DNA of 64,000 nucleotides from an uncultured Acidimicrobiaceae bacterium (GCA_963701575.1 CAVPAQ010000009.1:14607-78606); one strand, 5' to 3'; positions 9,610 through 19,381 are shown, counted from the first letter of the stretch. Notes: generated by a model not told the origin, from the letters alone. Program-made: numbers and translations.

Positions 9610-9683
9610 GTGGCAAGGCTCGACCCGCCATGTCCGTCAGTACTCGGTGGCAAGGCTCGACCCGCCATGTCCGTCAGTACTCG
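9610..9683. repeat. Perfect 37-bp tandem duplication including the deaminase stop codon
   Basis: gtggcaaggctcgacccgccatgtccgtcagtactcg at 9610-9646 and 9647-9683. Confidence 0.95.
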
Positions 9684-10702
9684 AGGGTCTCCGTCTTCAA
9701 CGCGGCGCGGGCGCCGGCAGACATGAAGCTTGCTTCGATGGCGTCGAGCTGCATCGCCCGGTGCTGCTCGACGCTGACGCCGAGCACATCGCTGGCGTTC
9801 GCCAACTCACTCACCAGGTCGATGGCGAACCAGCCAGGGTCGTCGGTGTTGAGACACACTCGCAGGCCCGCCGCCATCAGCGCCGGCAGGGGATGATCCT
9901 CGATCCGCTCGACCACGTGCAGCAATTCGTTGCTGGTCGGACACACCTCGAGCATGATCCCGCGCTCGACGAGCAACTCGACCAGCGACGGGTCTTCGAG
10001 GCAGCGAACGCCATGGCCGATCCGCACCGCACCGAGCAGCTCGACCGCCTGACGCACGCTGTCGGCCCCTTCGGTCTCGCCGGCGTGGGGCACCGCCGGC
10101 AATCCGATCGCACGGGCGCGGGCGAAGTGGTCGACGTAGGGAGCCGCCGGGAACCCGACCTCGAAGCCACCGAGCCCGATCGCGACCAGTCCGTCGGGCG
10201 TCTGGTCACTCTCCAGGTACTCGATCGTGACGGTCTGGTCGGGCATTTCGAGATCGCGCGGGATGTCGATCACCCAGCCGATCTCGACGCCGCGCTCGGC
10301 GGCGCGTCGACGCCCCTCGTCGAGACCTTCGCTGTATTCCGAGCGAGTCATGCCGGGGCGACCGTCGAGCGGATGGAAGTGGGTGAAGGCGGTTGTGGTG
10401 ACCTCCGCATATCGAACGTTCTGGGCCGCCAAGGTGGCAGCGAGATCATCGGTGATCGCAGCCAGGTCCTCACCACTGCGCAACAGCGCCAACCCGAAGA
10501 GGAACTGGTTGGAGAAGTCGAGGAACCCGTCGAACGAGAACGCGTCGGGCCAGCCTCCCGGCCACACCGGGGCCGGGTCGACACCATGACGGTCCGCGAG
10601 TGCCCGCACCGTGTCGACCGACATCGACCCTTCGAGATGCACGTGCAGCTCGACCTTCGGCAACTCGTGCAACCAGGCCCGAAGAGCTGGATCGATGCTC
10701 AT
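9674..10702 (-). CDS. add: Adenosine/adenine deaminase family protein
   Basis: LPKVELHVHLEGS, HAGET, RIGHG, EVCPTSN, NTDDP; start overlaps the upstream stop (ATGA). Confidence 0.88.
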   Translation of the reverse strand: MSIDPALRAWLHELPKVELHVHLEGSMSVDTVRALADRHGVDPAPVWPGGWPDAFSFDGFLDFSNQFLFGLALLRSGEDLAAITDDLAATLAAQNVRYAEVTTTAFTHFHPLDGRPGMTRSEYSEGLDEGRRRAAERGVEIGWVIDIPRDLEMPDQTVTIEYLESDQTPDGLVAIGLGGFEVGFPAAPYVDHFARARAIGLPAVPHAGETEGADSVRQAVELLGAVRIGHGVRCLEDPSLVELLVERGIMLEVCPTSNELLHVVERIEDHPLPALMAAGLRVCLNTDDPGWFAIDLVSELANASDVLGVSVEQHRAMQLDAIEASFMSAGARAALKTETLEY

Positions 10703-11211
10703 CGATCGGACCACTTCGTGCCCGGCAGAAAGTACCGCTTGGCCCACACACCGCGCCGGTCCTCACCGGTGACCGGCATCCGCCACGTCGACAGCCGGGT
10801 CGTCGGCGCGTCGAGGTCGACGGCACACAGCGCCCGCGGCTGATCGTCGGTACCGTCGACATACTCGTCGGCGAACCAGTTGTCGGTGTACCGCCGTGTG
10901 ATCGACCGATACAGGTCGCGCCACAGATCGTCCTCTCCGGGCGGATGCACGACATCGCACACCGCCTGCACCGTCAACTTGCGATACGGCTGCGCGCTCT
11001 CGTCGATCGTGATGCCGAGCTTCGGGTCGCGCAAGATGTTGCGCCAGATCACGGCCGGCGATCGGGGGGTGAACAGCAGTCGTCGTCCATCGCGAATGAA
11101 CCACAGCGGCAGCACGCGGGGGAACCCGTCATCGTCGATCGTGGCGATGCGAGCGAGGTGCTCACGCTCGTCGAGAAACGCCGCCAGCTCGTGGTCGGTC
11201 AGCTTGGGCAT
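10699..11211 (-). CDS. Pyridoxamine 5'-phosphate oxidase-like (PPOX) protein, possibly F420-binding
   Basis: LARIATIDDDGFPRVLPLWF...RNILRDPK split-barrel pattern. Confidence 0.8.
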   Translation of the reverse strand: MPKLTDHELAAFLDEREHLARIATIDDDGFPRVLPLWFIRDGRRLLFTPRSPAVIWRNILRDPKLGITIDESAQPYRKLTVQAVCDVVHPPGEDDLWRDLYRSITRRYTDNWFADEYVDGTDDQPRALCAVDLDAPTTRLSTWRMPVTGEDRRGVWAKRYFLPGTKWSDR

Positions 11212-11230
11212 CGCACTTCCAGTTCTCGGC

Positions 11231-12781
11231 TCAGGGCCGGTAGCCCCAACTGGAGGGTGCAGGAACCAGCGTGCGCCGTGCCAGCCGCACCCAGTCGCAC
11301 AGCATCGGGCGGGTGTCCCGCGGGTCGATGATCTGTTCGATCTCGTAGAACTCCGCAGAACGATGCGGCGATCGCAGGCGATTCAGTCGTTCGGTGATGT
11401 CGGCCTTGAGCCCTTCCGGGTCGTCGCTGTCGGCGAGGTCGGCCTTGTAGGCCACCTCCAAACCGCCCTCGAGCGGCAACGAGCCCCAGTCGCCCGACGG
11501 CCAGGCCATGCGCATCGACTCGGTGCCCGGCTTGCGATTGGCAGCACCGGCGATCCCGAACGCCTTGCGGATCACGACTGTGCAGTACGGCACCTGCGCT
11601 TGCCTCAACGCCACCAGCACCTCGGTGCCATACCGCACGGTGGCGTTGCGCTCGGACTCGATCCCGATCACAAAGCCGGGGCAGTCCTCGAAATGGACGA
11701 TCGGCAGCTTGAACAGCGAGGCCAGGTCGATCAGACGGGTCAGCTTGCGGCACGAGTCGGCGGTCCACCCGCCTCCGTACATCATCGGGTTCTCGCCGTA
11801 CACCACGACCGGCACACCATCGAGCCGGGCCAGCCCGCCGATGACCGATGTTCCCCACCCCTGTCCGATCTCGAACAGGCTGCCGTCGTCGACCACCGAC
11901 GCCATGATCGCTTTCATGTCGTACGCCTGGCGCGGGTTGCGGGGCACGGCGTTCGACAACCAGTCATCGCGGCGGCTCGGGTCGTCGTCCCAGTGCTCGA
12001 TCGGAGGCAGCTCGTCGACGCTGGTCGGCAGATACGACAGGAAGTGCAGGACCCGATCGAACGCCTCGGCCTCGGTGTCGACAGCGTCGTCGATCGCCCC
12101 GTTGGCCGTGTGGATGTCGGCGTGACCGAGCTCCTCCTTGGCCACCGCGCCGAGACCCGCCTGCTCCACCAGTGCCGGGCCGGCGATCATCATCTGCGAG
12201 GTGCCACGCACCATCACCGAGTAGTGCGAGGCAACCGCACGTGCGGCACCGAACCCGGCGACCGACCCGAGCACCAACGACACGGACGGGGCGACATTGA
12301 GATGGTCGACCACCGTGTGCCAACCCGGCAGGACCGGGATGTACGTACGGCCCGCCTGCTCGATCGTCTTCACCGACCCTCCACCCGACATACCGTCGAG
12401 CAATCGCACGTGCGGCAGTCGCATCTCGAGCGCAATCGACTCGGACGCCTCGCGTTTGGCCGAGATCGAAGCGTCGTTGGAGCCGCCGCGAACCGTGAAG
12501 TCGTCGCCGGACACGACCGCCGGCCGGCCGTCGAGTTCGGCGATCCCGAACACGAAGTTCGATGGGGTGAACTCGATGAGCTCGCCGCGATCGTCATAGC
12601 GAGCGACGCCGGCGGTCTTGCCGAGCTCCCAGAAACTGCCCTCGTCGACGATCTGCACGACCCGCTCGCGCACGGTCTGCTTGCCGAAGTGATGCTGCCG
12701 CTCGACCTTGTCGGCACCGCCGAGCTGTGCGGCCAGCGCTTCGCGACGACGCAGCTCGTCGAGCTCGGGTTGCCAGGTCAC
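11231..12781 (-). CDS. Acyl-CoA carboxylase carboxyltransferase subunit
   Basis: GKQTVRER, DDFTVRGG, GGLARLDG, DCPGFVIG, IIDPRDTR; start set at GTG 12781 (GTGA overlap). Confidence 0.9.
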   Translation of the reverse strand: MTWQPELDELRRREALAAQLGGADKVERQHHFGKQTVRERVVQIVDEGSFWELGKTAGVARYDDRGELIEFTPSNFVFGIAELDGRPAVVSGDDFTVRGGSNDASISAKREASESIALEMRLPHVRLLDGMSGGGSVKTIEQAGRTYIPVLPGWHTVVDHLNVAPSVSLVLGSVAGFGAARAVASHYSVMVRGTSQMMIAGPALVEQAGLGAVAKEELGHADIHTANGAIDDAVDTEAEAFDRVLHFLSYLPTSVDELPPIEHWDDDPSRRDDWLSNAVPRNPRQAYDMKAIMASVVDDGSLFEIGQGWGTSVIGGLARLDGVPVVVYGENPMMYGGGWTADSCRKLTRLIDLASLFKLPIVHFEDCPGFVIGIESERNATVRYGTEVLVALRQAQVPYCTVVIRKAFGIAGAANRKPGTESMRMAWPSGDWGSLPLEGGLEVAYKADLADSDDPEGLKADITERLNRLRSPHRSAEFYEIEQIIDPRDTRPMLCDWVRLARRTLVPAPSSWGYRP

Positions 12782-13269
12782 GACGGCGACCTGACGCGCT
12801 TGATGTCGACGACGATCCCACCGCTGACCCGCTGCAGTTCGCCGGGTGCCAGCGGGAACACGTCGTGCCACGTGCCGGCGGCCGCCCACACGACCTCGTG
12901 GTGCAACAGGTCGGGATCGATGAACACTCGCAGCGGGGTCGCATGCCCGATCGGCGGCACACCCCCGATCGGGAACCCGGTCGTCCGGCGCACGACCTCG
13001 GCGTCGACGCGCTGGCACATCAGGCCGCCTGCGGCTGCGGCGAGCTTGCGTTCGTCGAGTTGGTTGGATCCGCTCACGTAGGCCAGCACGATCTCACCGT
13101 CGACCCCGAAGATCAGACTCTTGACGATCTGTGCCACGTCGCAACCGATCGCGTTGGCGGCGTCGACGGCCGTCTTGGCCCCCTCGGGGAAACGGCGCGG
13201 CTCGACCACGAGGCCGACGGAGCGCCCCGCCTCGATCACCCGAATGACGTTCCGGTGGACTTCACTCAC
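12778..13269 (-). CDS. YbaK/EbsC family aminoacyl-tRNA deacylase-like protein
   Basis: QIVKSLIF, TGFPIGGVPPIGH, WAAAGT. Confidence 0.88.
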   Translation of the reverse strand: MSEVHRNVIRVIEAGRSVGLVVEPRRFPEGAKTAVDAANAIGCDVAQIVKSLIFGVDGEIVLAYVSGSNQLDERKLAAAAGGLMCQRVDAEVVRRTTGFPIGGVPPIGHATPLRVFIDPDLLHHEVVWAAAGTWHDVFPLAPGELQRVSGGIVVDIKRVRSPS

Positions 13270-14678
13270 GGTGCCACGACCGTAGCGCGACCCACCAGCT
13301 CGGGGCTCGCTCGCTCCCACACCCTGGCGAACCGGAGCAGGTCGACGTCACCGCCGGGGCGACCGACGAACTGGACCCCGACCGGTAGTCCTTCCGGGGT
13401 GAAGGCAGCGGGCATGGAGATCGCCGGGCAGCCCGTCGTGGAGATGTCACAACACGAACGCATCCAATCGATATAGGTCTCCATCGGCACGCCCTCGACC
13501 TCGCGCGGCCAGTCGAGATCGATGTCGAACGGCACCACCTGCGACGTGGGCAGCGCCAGCACGTCGTAGTGATCGAAGAACCTGCGGGTGCTCTCGATCA
13601 GTGCAGCGTGCGCAGCGGTCGCGCGGGCATGGTCGACCAAACTGCGGCGACGGGCCTCCTCGATATTCCAGCGAATCGTGTCCTTCATGTGCCGGCGCCC
13701 TCGGTCGTACATCGCCCCCGCCGAGATCTCGAATTGCCACGCCCGCAACACCTGGAAGATCTCGCGGGCATCGGTGAGATCGGGTCGCGCCTCGGTGACG
13801 GCGCACCCGAGCGTCTCGAGCCGGTCGGGCACCTCGGCGAGTGCCACACGAACCGCCGGGTCGACCGGCAAGCCGAGGTCTGGCGTCCAAGCCACCCGCA
13901 TGCCTGCCACATCGATCTCCGCGAGTTCGGAGAAGATCGAACCGGGCTCGGGCAACGAGATCGGCACACGGGCGTCGGGGCCGGCGATCGCCTGCATCTG
14001 GAGTGCCAGATCGTCGACCGACCGTGCCATGGCGCCCGAGGTCGACAGCGCTGACCAGGGCGTGCTGTTCGGCCAGCTCGGTACTCGACCCGCCGACGGA
14101 CGCAGACCGACCACGTTGCAGAACGAGGCCGGGTTACGCAGCGATCCGCCCATGTCGGAACCGTCCGCGATCGGGATCATGCCGGCGGCCAGGGCAACCG
14201 CTGCTCCCCCGCTGGAACCACCACAGGTCCTGCCGAGGTCGTACGGGTTCCGGGTGGCGCCGAACACCGGGTTGAACGTCTGCGAACCCGCTCCGAGCTC
14301 AGGGGTGTTGGTCTTACCGATCGTGATCGCCCCGGCCGACCGCAACCGCTGCACGATCAGGTCGTCCTCGGTGGGCACGAAGTCGACCAGCAGCGGCGAT
14401 CCCTCCGTGGTGCGGATGCCTGCCGTCATCACGAGGTCCTTGTGGGCGATCGGCAACCCGTGCAGCGGACCCAGCGCCGCCCCGGAGGCAGTGCGTTCGT
14501 CGGCCGCTGCGGCCCACTCGGTGGCCATCTCCGGCACGAGCGTGATGATCGCGTTCAACCGGGGATTCGTTCGTTCGATACGAGCCAGGCTGGCCGCCAG
14601 GAGTTCACGCGCCGACACCTCTCGGCTTCGGATCATTCCCGCCAGTTCGACCGCCGACCGGTCGATCAGTTCGGTCAT
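13266..14678 (-). CDS. Amidase-signature family amidase
   Basis: HGLPIAHKD, GKTNTPE, GGSSGG, GSDMGGSLRNPA. Confidence 0.92.
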   Translation of the reverse strand: MTELIDRSAVELAGMIRSREVSARELLAASLARIERTNPRLNAIITLVPEMATEWAAAADERTASGAALGPLHGLPIAHKDLVMTAGIRTTEGSPLLVDFVPTEDDLIVQRLRSAGAITIGKTNTPELGAGSQTFNPVFGATRNPYDLGRTCGGSSGGAAVALAAGMIPIADGSDMGGSLRNPASFCNVVGLRPSAGRVPSWPNSTPWSALSTSGAMARSVDDLALQMQAIAGPDARVPISLPEPGSIFSELAEIDVAGMRVAWTPDLGLPVDPAVRVALAEVPDRLETLGCAVTEARPDLTDAREIFQVLRAWQFEISAGAMYDRGRRHMKDTIRWNIEEARRRSLVDHARATAAHAALIESTRRFFDHYDVLALPTSQVVPFDIDLDWPREVEGVPMETYIDWMRSCCDISTTGCPAISMPAAFTPEGLPVGVQFVGRPGGDVDLLRFARVWERASPELVGRATVVAP

Positions 14679-15913
14679 GCGGCCACCTCCACCGGGGGTT
14701 GGGCCGGCGCCGTGCTCGAGCCGCTCATGGCGAACATGATGGCACCGAGCAACGAACAACCGCCGGCCACCACGTATGGCACGCGGTAGCCGCCGGTGAT
14801 GTCGTGCAACGAGCCGAGCAGTAACGGCCCACCAGCGGTCCCGACCAAACCGAAGAGCTGCGCCCTGCTGTAGATCTTCGGGTAGTCACGAACGCCGAAC
14901 CGTTCGGCGATCAACAATGGCTGGAGCATCAAGATGTTGCCGACGGTCGCCCCCAGCAACACGATCGATCCGAAGATGTGCGCGGTCGAAACCGCGAACG
15001 CCAGCCACACCAGCGCAATCATCTGCACGACGGCGAGCGCGGCCGTGAACGGGACCATCGGCATCGATGCCACGACTCGCCCACCGATCAGCCGAGCGAC
15101 CACGGACGTGGTGGCGAGGACCAGTGTCGCCAGCGCCGCGGTATCGGCGGTCGTACGCTCCTCGACCAGCTTGACCAGCTGCTGGATGCCGCCGACCTGA
15201 GAACCCAACGCCAGGATGTAGCCGACGGTGATGAAGACGAAGAATCGGCTCGTGATCGCCTCGCGATAGAGCGTGCCGGTCGCCACCGGCGTAGCGACGC
15301 CAGGATCGACCCGTCCGCCGTCGGGCAGCCATCCGGTCGGGCCCGGGTCGGGCGTGATCAGCCAGTACACGATCGGCACGATGCCGAGTACGTACACCAC
15401 ACCGAGCCAAGGCGTCCCGGCCTCGAGGCCCTGGCGGTCGAGCAGCCACTTGGCGGCGGGTGTGATCAAGATCCCACCTGCCGAGAGCCCGGTCGACGCG
15501 ATCGACAAGGCGACCGAACGGCGAGCGTGGAACCAGCGGGTGACGACAGTGGTCATCGGGACCAGCCCGGCGAGCGCCCAACCAGCGGCGAACACGCCGT
15601 ACACGACGAACAGTTGCCACTGCTGCGTCACCTGGCCCAGCGCCGCCAGGGCGATGCCGCCGATCACGCCCCCCGCTGCGGCAACGTGTCGAACGTCGTG
15701 ATTCGCGATCAGCCGGGCGGTCCACACCCCGACCACACCGCCGACGAAGAAGAACCAGGTCGTCGCCAGTGAGATCGCCGAGACCTCCCAGCCACGCTCG
15801 TTGCTGAGCGCGTTGAGATAGACGGCGAGCCCGTAGAAGCCCAGCCCCGACGCCGTCGTGAGCACGATGAAGCAGCCGGTGACCACTCGCCAGCCGAGAA
15901 ACTTGTCACTCAC
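14675..15913 (-). CDS. MFS transporter
   Basis: About 12 hydrophobic helices; RWFHARRSVA and AERFGVRDY MFS loop motifs; start approximate. Confidence 0.85.
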   Translation of the reverse strand: MSDKFLGWRVVTGCFIVLTTASGLGFYGLAVYLNALSNERGWEVSAISLATTWFFFVGGVVGVWTARLIANHDVRHVAAAGGVIGGIALAALGQVTQQWQLFVVYGVFAAGWALAGLVPMTTVVTRWFHARRSVALSIASTGLSAGGILITPAAKWLLDRQGLEAGTPWLGVVYVLGIVPIVYWLITPDPGPTGWLPDGGRVDPGVATPVATGTLYREAITSRFFVFITVGYILALGSQVGGIQQLVKLVEERTTADTAALATLVLATTSVVARLIGGRVVASMPMVPFTAALAVVQMIALVWLAFAVSTAHIFGSIVLLGATVGNILMLQPLLIAERFGVRDYPKIYSRAQLFGLVGTAGGPLLLGSLHDITGGYRVPYVVAGGCSLLGAIMFAMSGSSTAPAQPPVEVAA

Positions 15914-15989
15914 GAGTTTCGCAACCGAGAGGATCCGGACGGGGCATGGACGAACGGTAGCGATTCGATGATCGGTATCCTGAGTCGCA

Positions 15990-16853
15990 ATGTTCAAGAA
16001 CACCATGAAGACGACCGTATTGCTCGCCGGCATGGGCGGTCTGATCGTTGCAGTGGCAGGGATCTTGGGCGGTGGCAGCAGCACCTCGCTGTTCATCGGC
16101 CTCGGCCTCGCCCTGGTGATGGTCGGCGGCTCGTACTGGTTCAGCGACAAGCTGGCGCTCAAATCTGCCAAGGCACGGGTGATCACCGAGGCCGAGGCGC
16201 CCGAGTTCTACGGCATGATCCGATCGCTCGCCCAGCGCGCCAACATCCCGATGCCCACCGTGGCGATCTCGCCCAGCGCCCAACCGAACGCATTCGCGAC
16301 CGGCCGCGGGCCCAAGCACGCGGTGGTCTGTGCCACACAGGGTCTGCTCGAAACGCTCACCCGCGACGAGGTCGAGGGTGTGATGGCGCACGAGCTGATG
16401 CACGTCAAACACCGCGACATCCTCATCGGCTCGGTGGCCGCCGCGATCGCCACGGCGATCTCGTTCATGGCGCAGATGGCGATGTACTCGTCGATGTTCG
16501 GCGACCGGGATCGCCGGAACAACAACGTCGTGGGCATGCTGGCGATGTCGCTCCTGGCGCCGATCGCGGCCTCGCTCATCCAGATGGCGGTCTCTCGGTC
16601 ACGCGAGTTCGAGGCCGACCGGGGCGCCGCCGAGTTGCTCGGCAGCGGACAGTCGCTGGCACGTGCGCTGGAGAAGATCGAAGTCATCGCGACACAGCGA
16701 CCGATGGCCGTCGCCCCCGCTCAGGCCCAGGCATACATCCACAACCCGCTCGCCGAAGCGCGCTCGAGCCGCGGCGGTGGCCCCAACCTGGCCAAGCTGT
16801 TCAGCACCCACCCCGCCACCGACGAGCGGATCCGCCGCCTCCGGGCGATCTGA
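15990..16853 (+). CDS. htpX: HtpX-like M48 zinc metalloprotease
   Basis: PNAFATG, HELMH, SRSREFEAD, FSTHP. Confidence 0.88.
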   Translation: MFKNTMKTTVLLAGMGGLIVAVAGILGGGSSTSLFIGLGLALVMVGGSYWFSDKLALKSAKARVITEAEAPEFYGMIRSLAQRANIPMPTVAISPSAQPNAFATGRGPKHAVVCATQGLLETLTRDEVEGVMAHELMHVKHRDILIGSVAAAIATAISFMAQMAMYSSMFGDRDRRNNNVVGMLAMSLLAPIAASLIQMAVSRSREFEADRGAAELLGSGQSLARALEKIEVIATQRPMAVAPAQAQAYIHNPLAEARSSRGGGPNLAKLFSTHPATDERIRRLRAI

Positions 16854-16873
16854 CATCGCAGCACCCGTTGCCG

Positions 16874-16900
16874 ACCTCGTTGTGTCGGACACAACGGGGT
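16874..16900. terminator. 12-bp hairpin between convergent htpX-like and acyl-CoA dehydrogenase genes
   Basis: acctcgttgtgt-cgg-acacaacggggt (one G-U pair). Confidence 0.65.
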
Positions 16901-16911
16901 GGGCTCGATGG

Positions 16912-18195
16912 TCAGGCGTTCTTGGCAAGCTCGGAGAACGGCGTCGCGCCGTCGAAACCGGGATCTTTCGGCAACCCGAGCACCCGCTCACCGATGATGT
17001 TGCGCTGCACCTGATCCGTGCCGCCGTAGATCGGTGGCGCCTGTGCGAACAGTGCGAGTTCGGTCACGATGCCGTTGACGGGTTGCCCGGTCGCCGCGTC
17101 GAGCTTCGCCTTGCCCTCGCCGTCGTAGGCGTGCAGCATCCCCGCCGCACCGATGATCCGGAGCCCCAGATCGCGCTGCAGCCGCATCATGTCGCTCATC
17201 GAGAGCTTGCCGATGTTGCCGAACCCAGGAATGTCGTCACCCCTCGCCTTGAGCGCCTTGAGTCGCAGCGTGTTCATTCGGCCGATCTCCTGGATCGTGT
17301 GCAGCCGCATCAGGTCCTGGCGCACGGTCGGGTCAGCGATCGCGCCGGTTGTCTTGGCGAGTTCGATCAGCATCCGACCTGCGCCACGGAACTGAGCGCC
17401 GCCGCCCGCCGATCGACGGTTCTTCACGAAATCGCCGGCCCGCAGCTCGAGGTGGCCCGCCACGGTGCCGGGGAGAGCCGCGCTGGTGGCCGAATGTCCA
17501 CCGCCGGAGCCGAGCCCTGCACGCTCGAAGGCGAGCGTCGTGTTGGCGACCGCCCACCCGTTGTTGCGATCGCCGATCATGGCGTCGGTGGTGGTTCGGG
17601 CATCCGTCATGAACACCTCGTTGAACAGGGCCCGCCCCGTCATCTCCTTGAGCGGACGGATGTCGATGCCCGGCTGGTGCATGTCGATCGCGAAGTAGCT
17701 GATGCCCTGATGCTTCGGCGCTTCGGAGTTGGTGCGGGCGATCAGCATGCCGAGGTCGGCGTAGTGGCCGCCCGACGTCCACACCTTCTGGCCATTGACG
17801 ATCCATTCGTCGCCGTCCTGTGCGGCGCGGGTCTGGAGTCCCGCCAGATCGCTCCCGGCAACCGGCTCGCTGAACAGCTGGCACCACGCCTTGCGTCCGG
17901 TCACGATCTCGCGAACGTAGCGATCGATCTGCTCTTGGGTGCCGTGTGTCGCGATCGTCGGTGCGGCGAGCAACAGCCCCAGCCCGCCGGGTGCAGCCAG
18001 CGCACCGTGCGCAGCGATCGCCTCAGCGACCCGGACGGCATCGTTGCGGGCCAGCCCTTTGCCATAGGCGTTCTCGGGCAGCGACGGCGCCGCCCACCCT
18101 GCGAGGCCCAACCGCTCCCACCATTGGGCCACCGTCAGGTCGGGGTCCCAGTTGACATCGAGCCATTCGCTCAGTTCGTCAATCGCACCGGACAT
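16912..18195 (-). CDS. Acyl-CoA dehydrogenase
   Basis: CQLFSEPVAGSDLAGL, NGQKVWTS, FNEVF, IYGGTDQVQRNII. Confidence 0.93.
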   Translation of the reverse strand: MSGAIDELSEWLDVNWDPDLTVAQWWERLGLAGWAAPSLPENAYGKGLARNDAVRVAEAIAAHGALAAPGGLGLLLAAPTIATHGTQEQIDRYVREIVTGRKAWCQLFSEPVAGSDLAGLQTRAAQDGDEWIVNGQKVWTSGGHYADLGMLIARTNSEAPKHQGISYFAIDMHQPGIDIRPLKEMTGRALFNEVFMTDARTTTDAMIGDRNNGWAVANTTLAFERAGLGSGGGHSATSAALPGTVAGHLELRAGDFVKNRRSAGGGAQFRGAGRMLIELAKTTGAIADPTVRQDLMRLHTIQEIGRMNTLRLKALKARGDDIPGFGNIGKLSMSDMMRLQRDLGLRIIGAAGMLHAYDGEGKAKLDAATGQPVNGIVTELALFAQAPPIYGGTDQVQRNIIGERVLGLPKDPGFDGATPFSELAKNA

Positions 18196-18233
18196 CCGGG
18201 CGATATTGGCACGGCAGCCGCCGCGCCACGGCG

Positions 18234-19040
18234 TCAGAGGGCGAACAGATCGTCGAGGCCGCCGGAGACCGTCGCCGGCTCGTCGACGAGATCCTCGGCG
18301 GGAACGAAGGCCGTATATCCGTCCGACTCGAGCACGTCGGCGAGCTCGGGGCCTCCGCTGGTGACGATGCGACCCTTGACCAGGATGTGCACGTGATCGG
18401 GCTTGAGCTCGGTGAGCAGCCGACTGTAGTGCGTGATCGCCAACACACCCATCGGCTCGTGACCGTCGCTGGTGTCGTTGCTGAGGTCTTCGACACGACG
18501 CGAGCAGTCGCGCAAGGCGTCGATGTCGAGGCCCGAGTCGAGCTCGTCGAGGATCGCGAACTTGGGTCGCAACACCGCCAGCTGGAGTGTCTCGTTGCGC
18601 TTCTTCTCGCCGCCGGACAGATCGACGTTGAGTGGGCGATGCAGAAAACGTTCCTCGAACCCGATCCGTTCGGCCTCCTCGAGCATCACCGCGCCGAGCG
18701 TCTCGGTGTCGCGCCCTCGGCTCGTCAGCGCCTCACCGAGGACGTCGTCGAGCATCACGCCGGGCACCTCGGTCGGGTACTGCATCACCAAATGCAGTCC
18801 GGCCGTTGCCCGTTGCCAAGCCGGGAGTGCCAGCACGTCGACACCGTCGAGTGTGACCGAGCCTTCGAGCACTTCGTAGCCCTGCTTACCCATGATCACC
18901 GCCGAGAGCGTGCTCTTGCCGGCACCGTTGGGGCCCATCACCGCGTGCACCTCGCCCGACTGCAGCGTCAGGTCGATACCCCGCAGGATCTCCTTGCCGG
19001 CCACGGAGGCCCGGAGGCCCTTGATCTCGAGCGTGCTCAT
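18234..19040 (-). CDS. sufC: Fe-S cluster assembly ATPase SufC (copy 2, divergent)
   Basis: GPNGAGKST, LHLVMQYP, LSGGEKKRNE, LDELDSGLDIDAL, ITHY; last gene of the sufD-Rieske-sufC unit. Confidence 0.92.
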   Translation of the reverse strand: MSTLEIKGLRASVAGKEILRGIDLTLQSGEVHAVMGPNGAGKSTLSAVIMGKQGYEVLEGSVTLDGVDVLALPAWQRATAGLHLVMQYPTEVPGVMLDDVLGEALTSRGRDTETLGAVMLEEAERIGFEERFLHRPLNVDLSGGEKKRNETLQLAVLRPKFAILDELDSGLDIDALRDCSRRVEDLSNDTSDGHEPMGVLAITHYSRLLTELKPDHVHILVKGRIVTSGGPELADVLESDGYTAFVPAEDLVDEPATVSGGLDDLFAL

Positions 19041-19381
19041 GACGTGCCGTCCTCGTTGATCGTGACCGTGACGACGACTTGGCCGTCGACGACGGAAGCA
19101 TGGAAAACCGGAACCGGCTGCGTCGCCGGCAGTGTGGAAGGTTCGCCCGTCAGCAGGCTGAACGCGCTGCCGTGCTTGGGACACTCGATCTCGAGCTCGT
19201 CGCACCACACCTCGCCCTCGCTGAGCGAAACATTCGCATGGGTGCACACATCGCCCAGCGCGTACACGTCGTCGCCGATGCGAACGACCGAGACAGCGAT
19301 GCCGGCGACGTCGACCTTGCGGGCCGTTCCCGAGGGGATCTCGTCGAGCGAGAACACCGTGACGGTCGCTTGCGAACTCAC
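19037..19381 (-). CDS. Rieske-type [2Fe-2S] ferredoxin of the SUF cluster
   Basis: CTH...CPKHGSAF; 4-bp overlaps with sufD and sufC2. Confidence 0.9.
   Translation of the reverse strand: MSSQATVTVFSLDEIPSGTARKVDVAGIAVSVVRIGDDVYALGDVCTHANVSLSEGEVWCDELEIECPKHGSAFSLLTGEPSTLPATQPVPVFHASVVDGQVVVTVTINEDGTS

Noticed and set aside
10880-13081. Very long ORFs such as 10880..13081 (+), 16663..18396 (+), 28290..30035 (+), 33121..34917 (-) and 42472..44070 (+)
   Set aside because: Antisense shadows of well-supported genes in high-GC DNA; no motifs.
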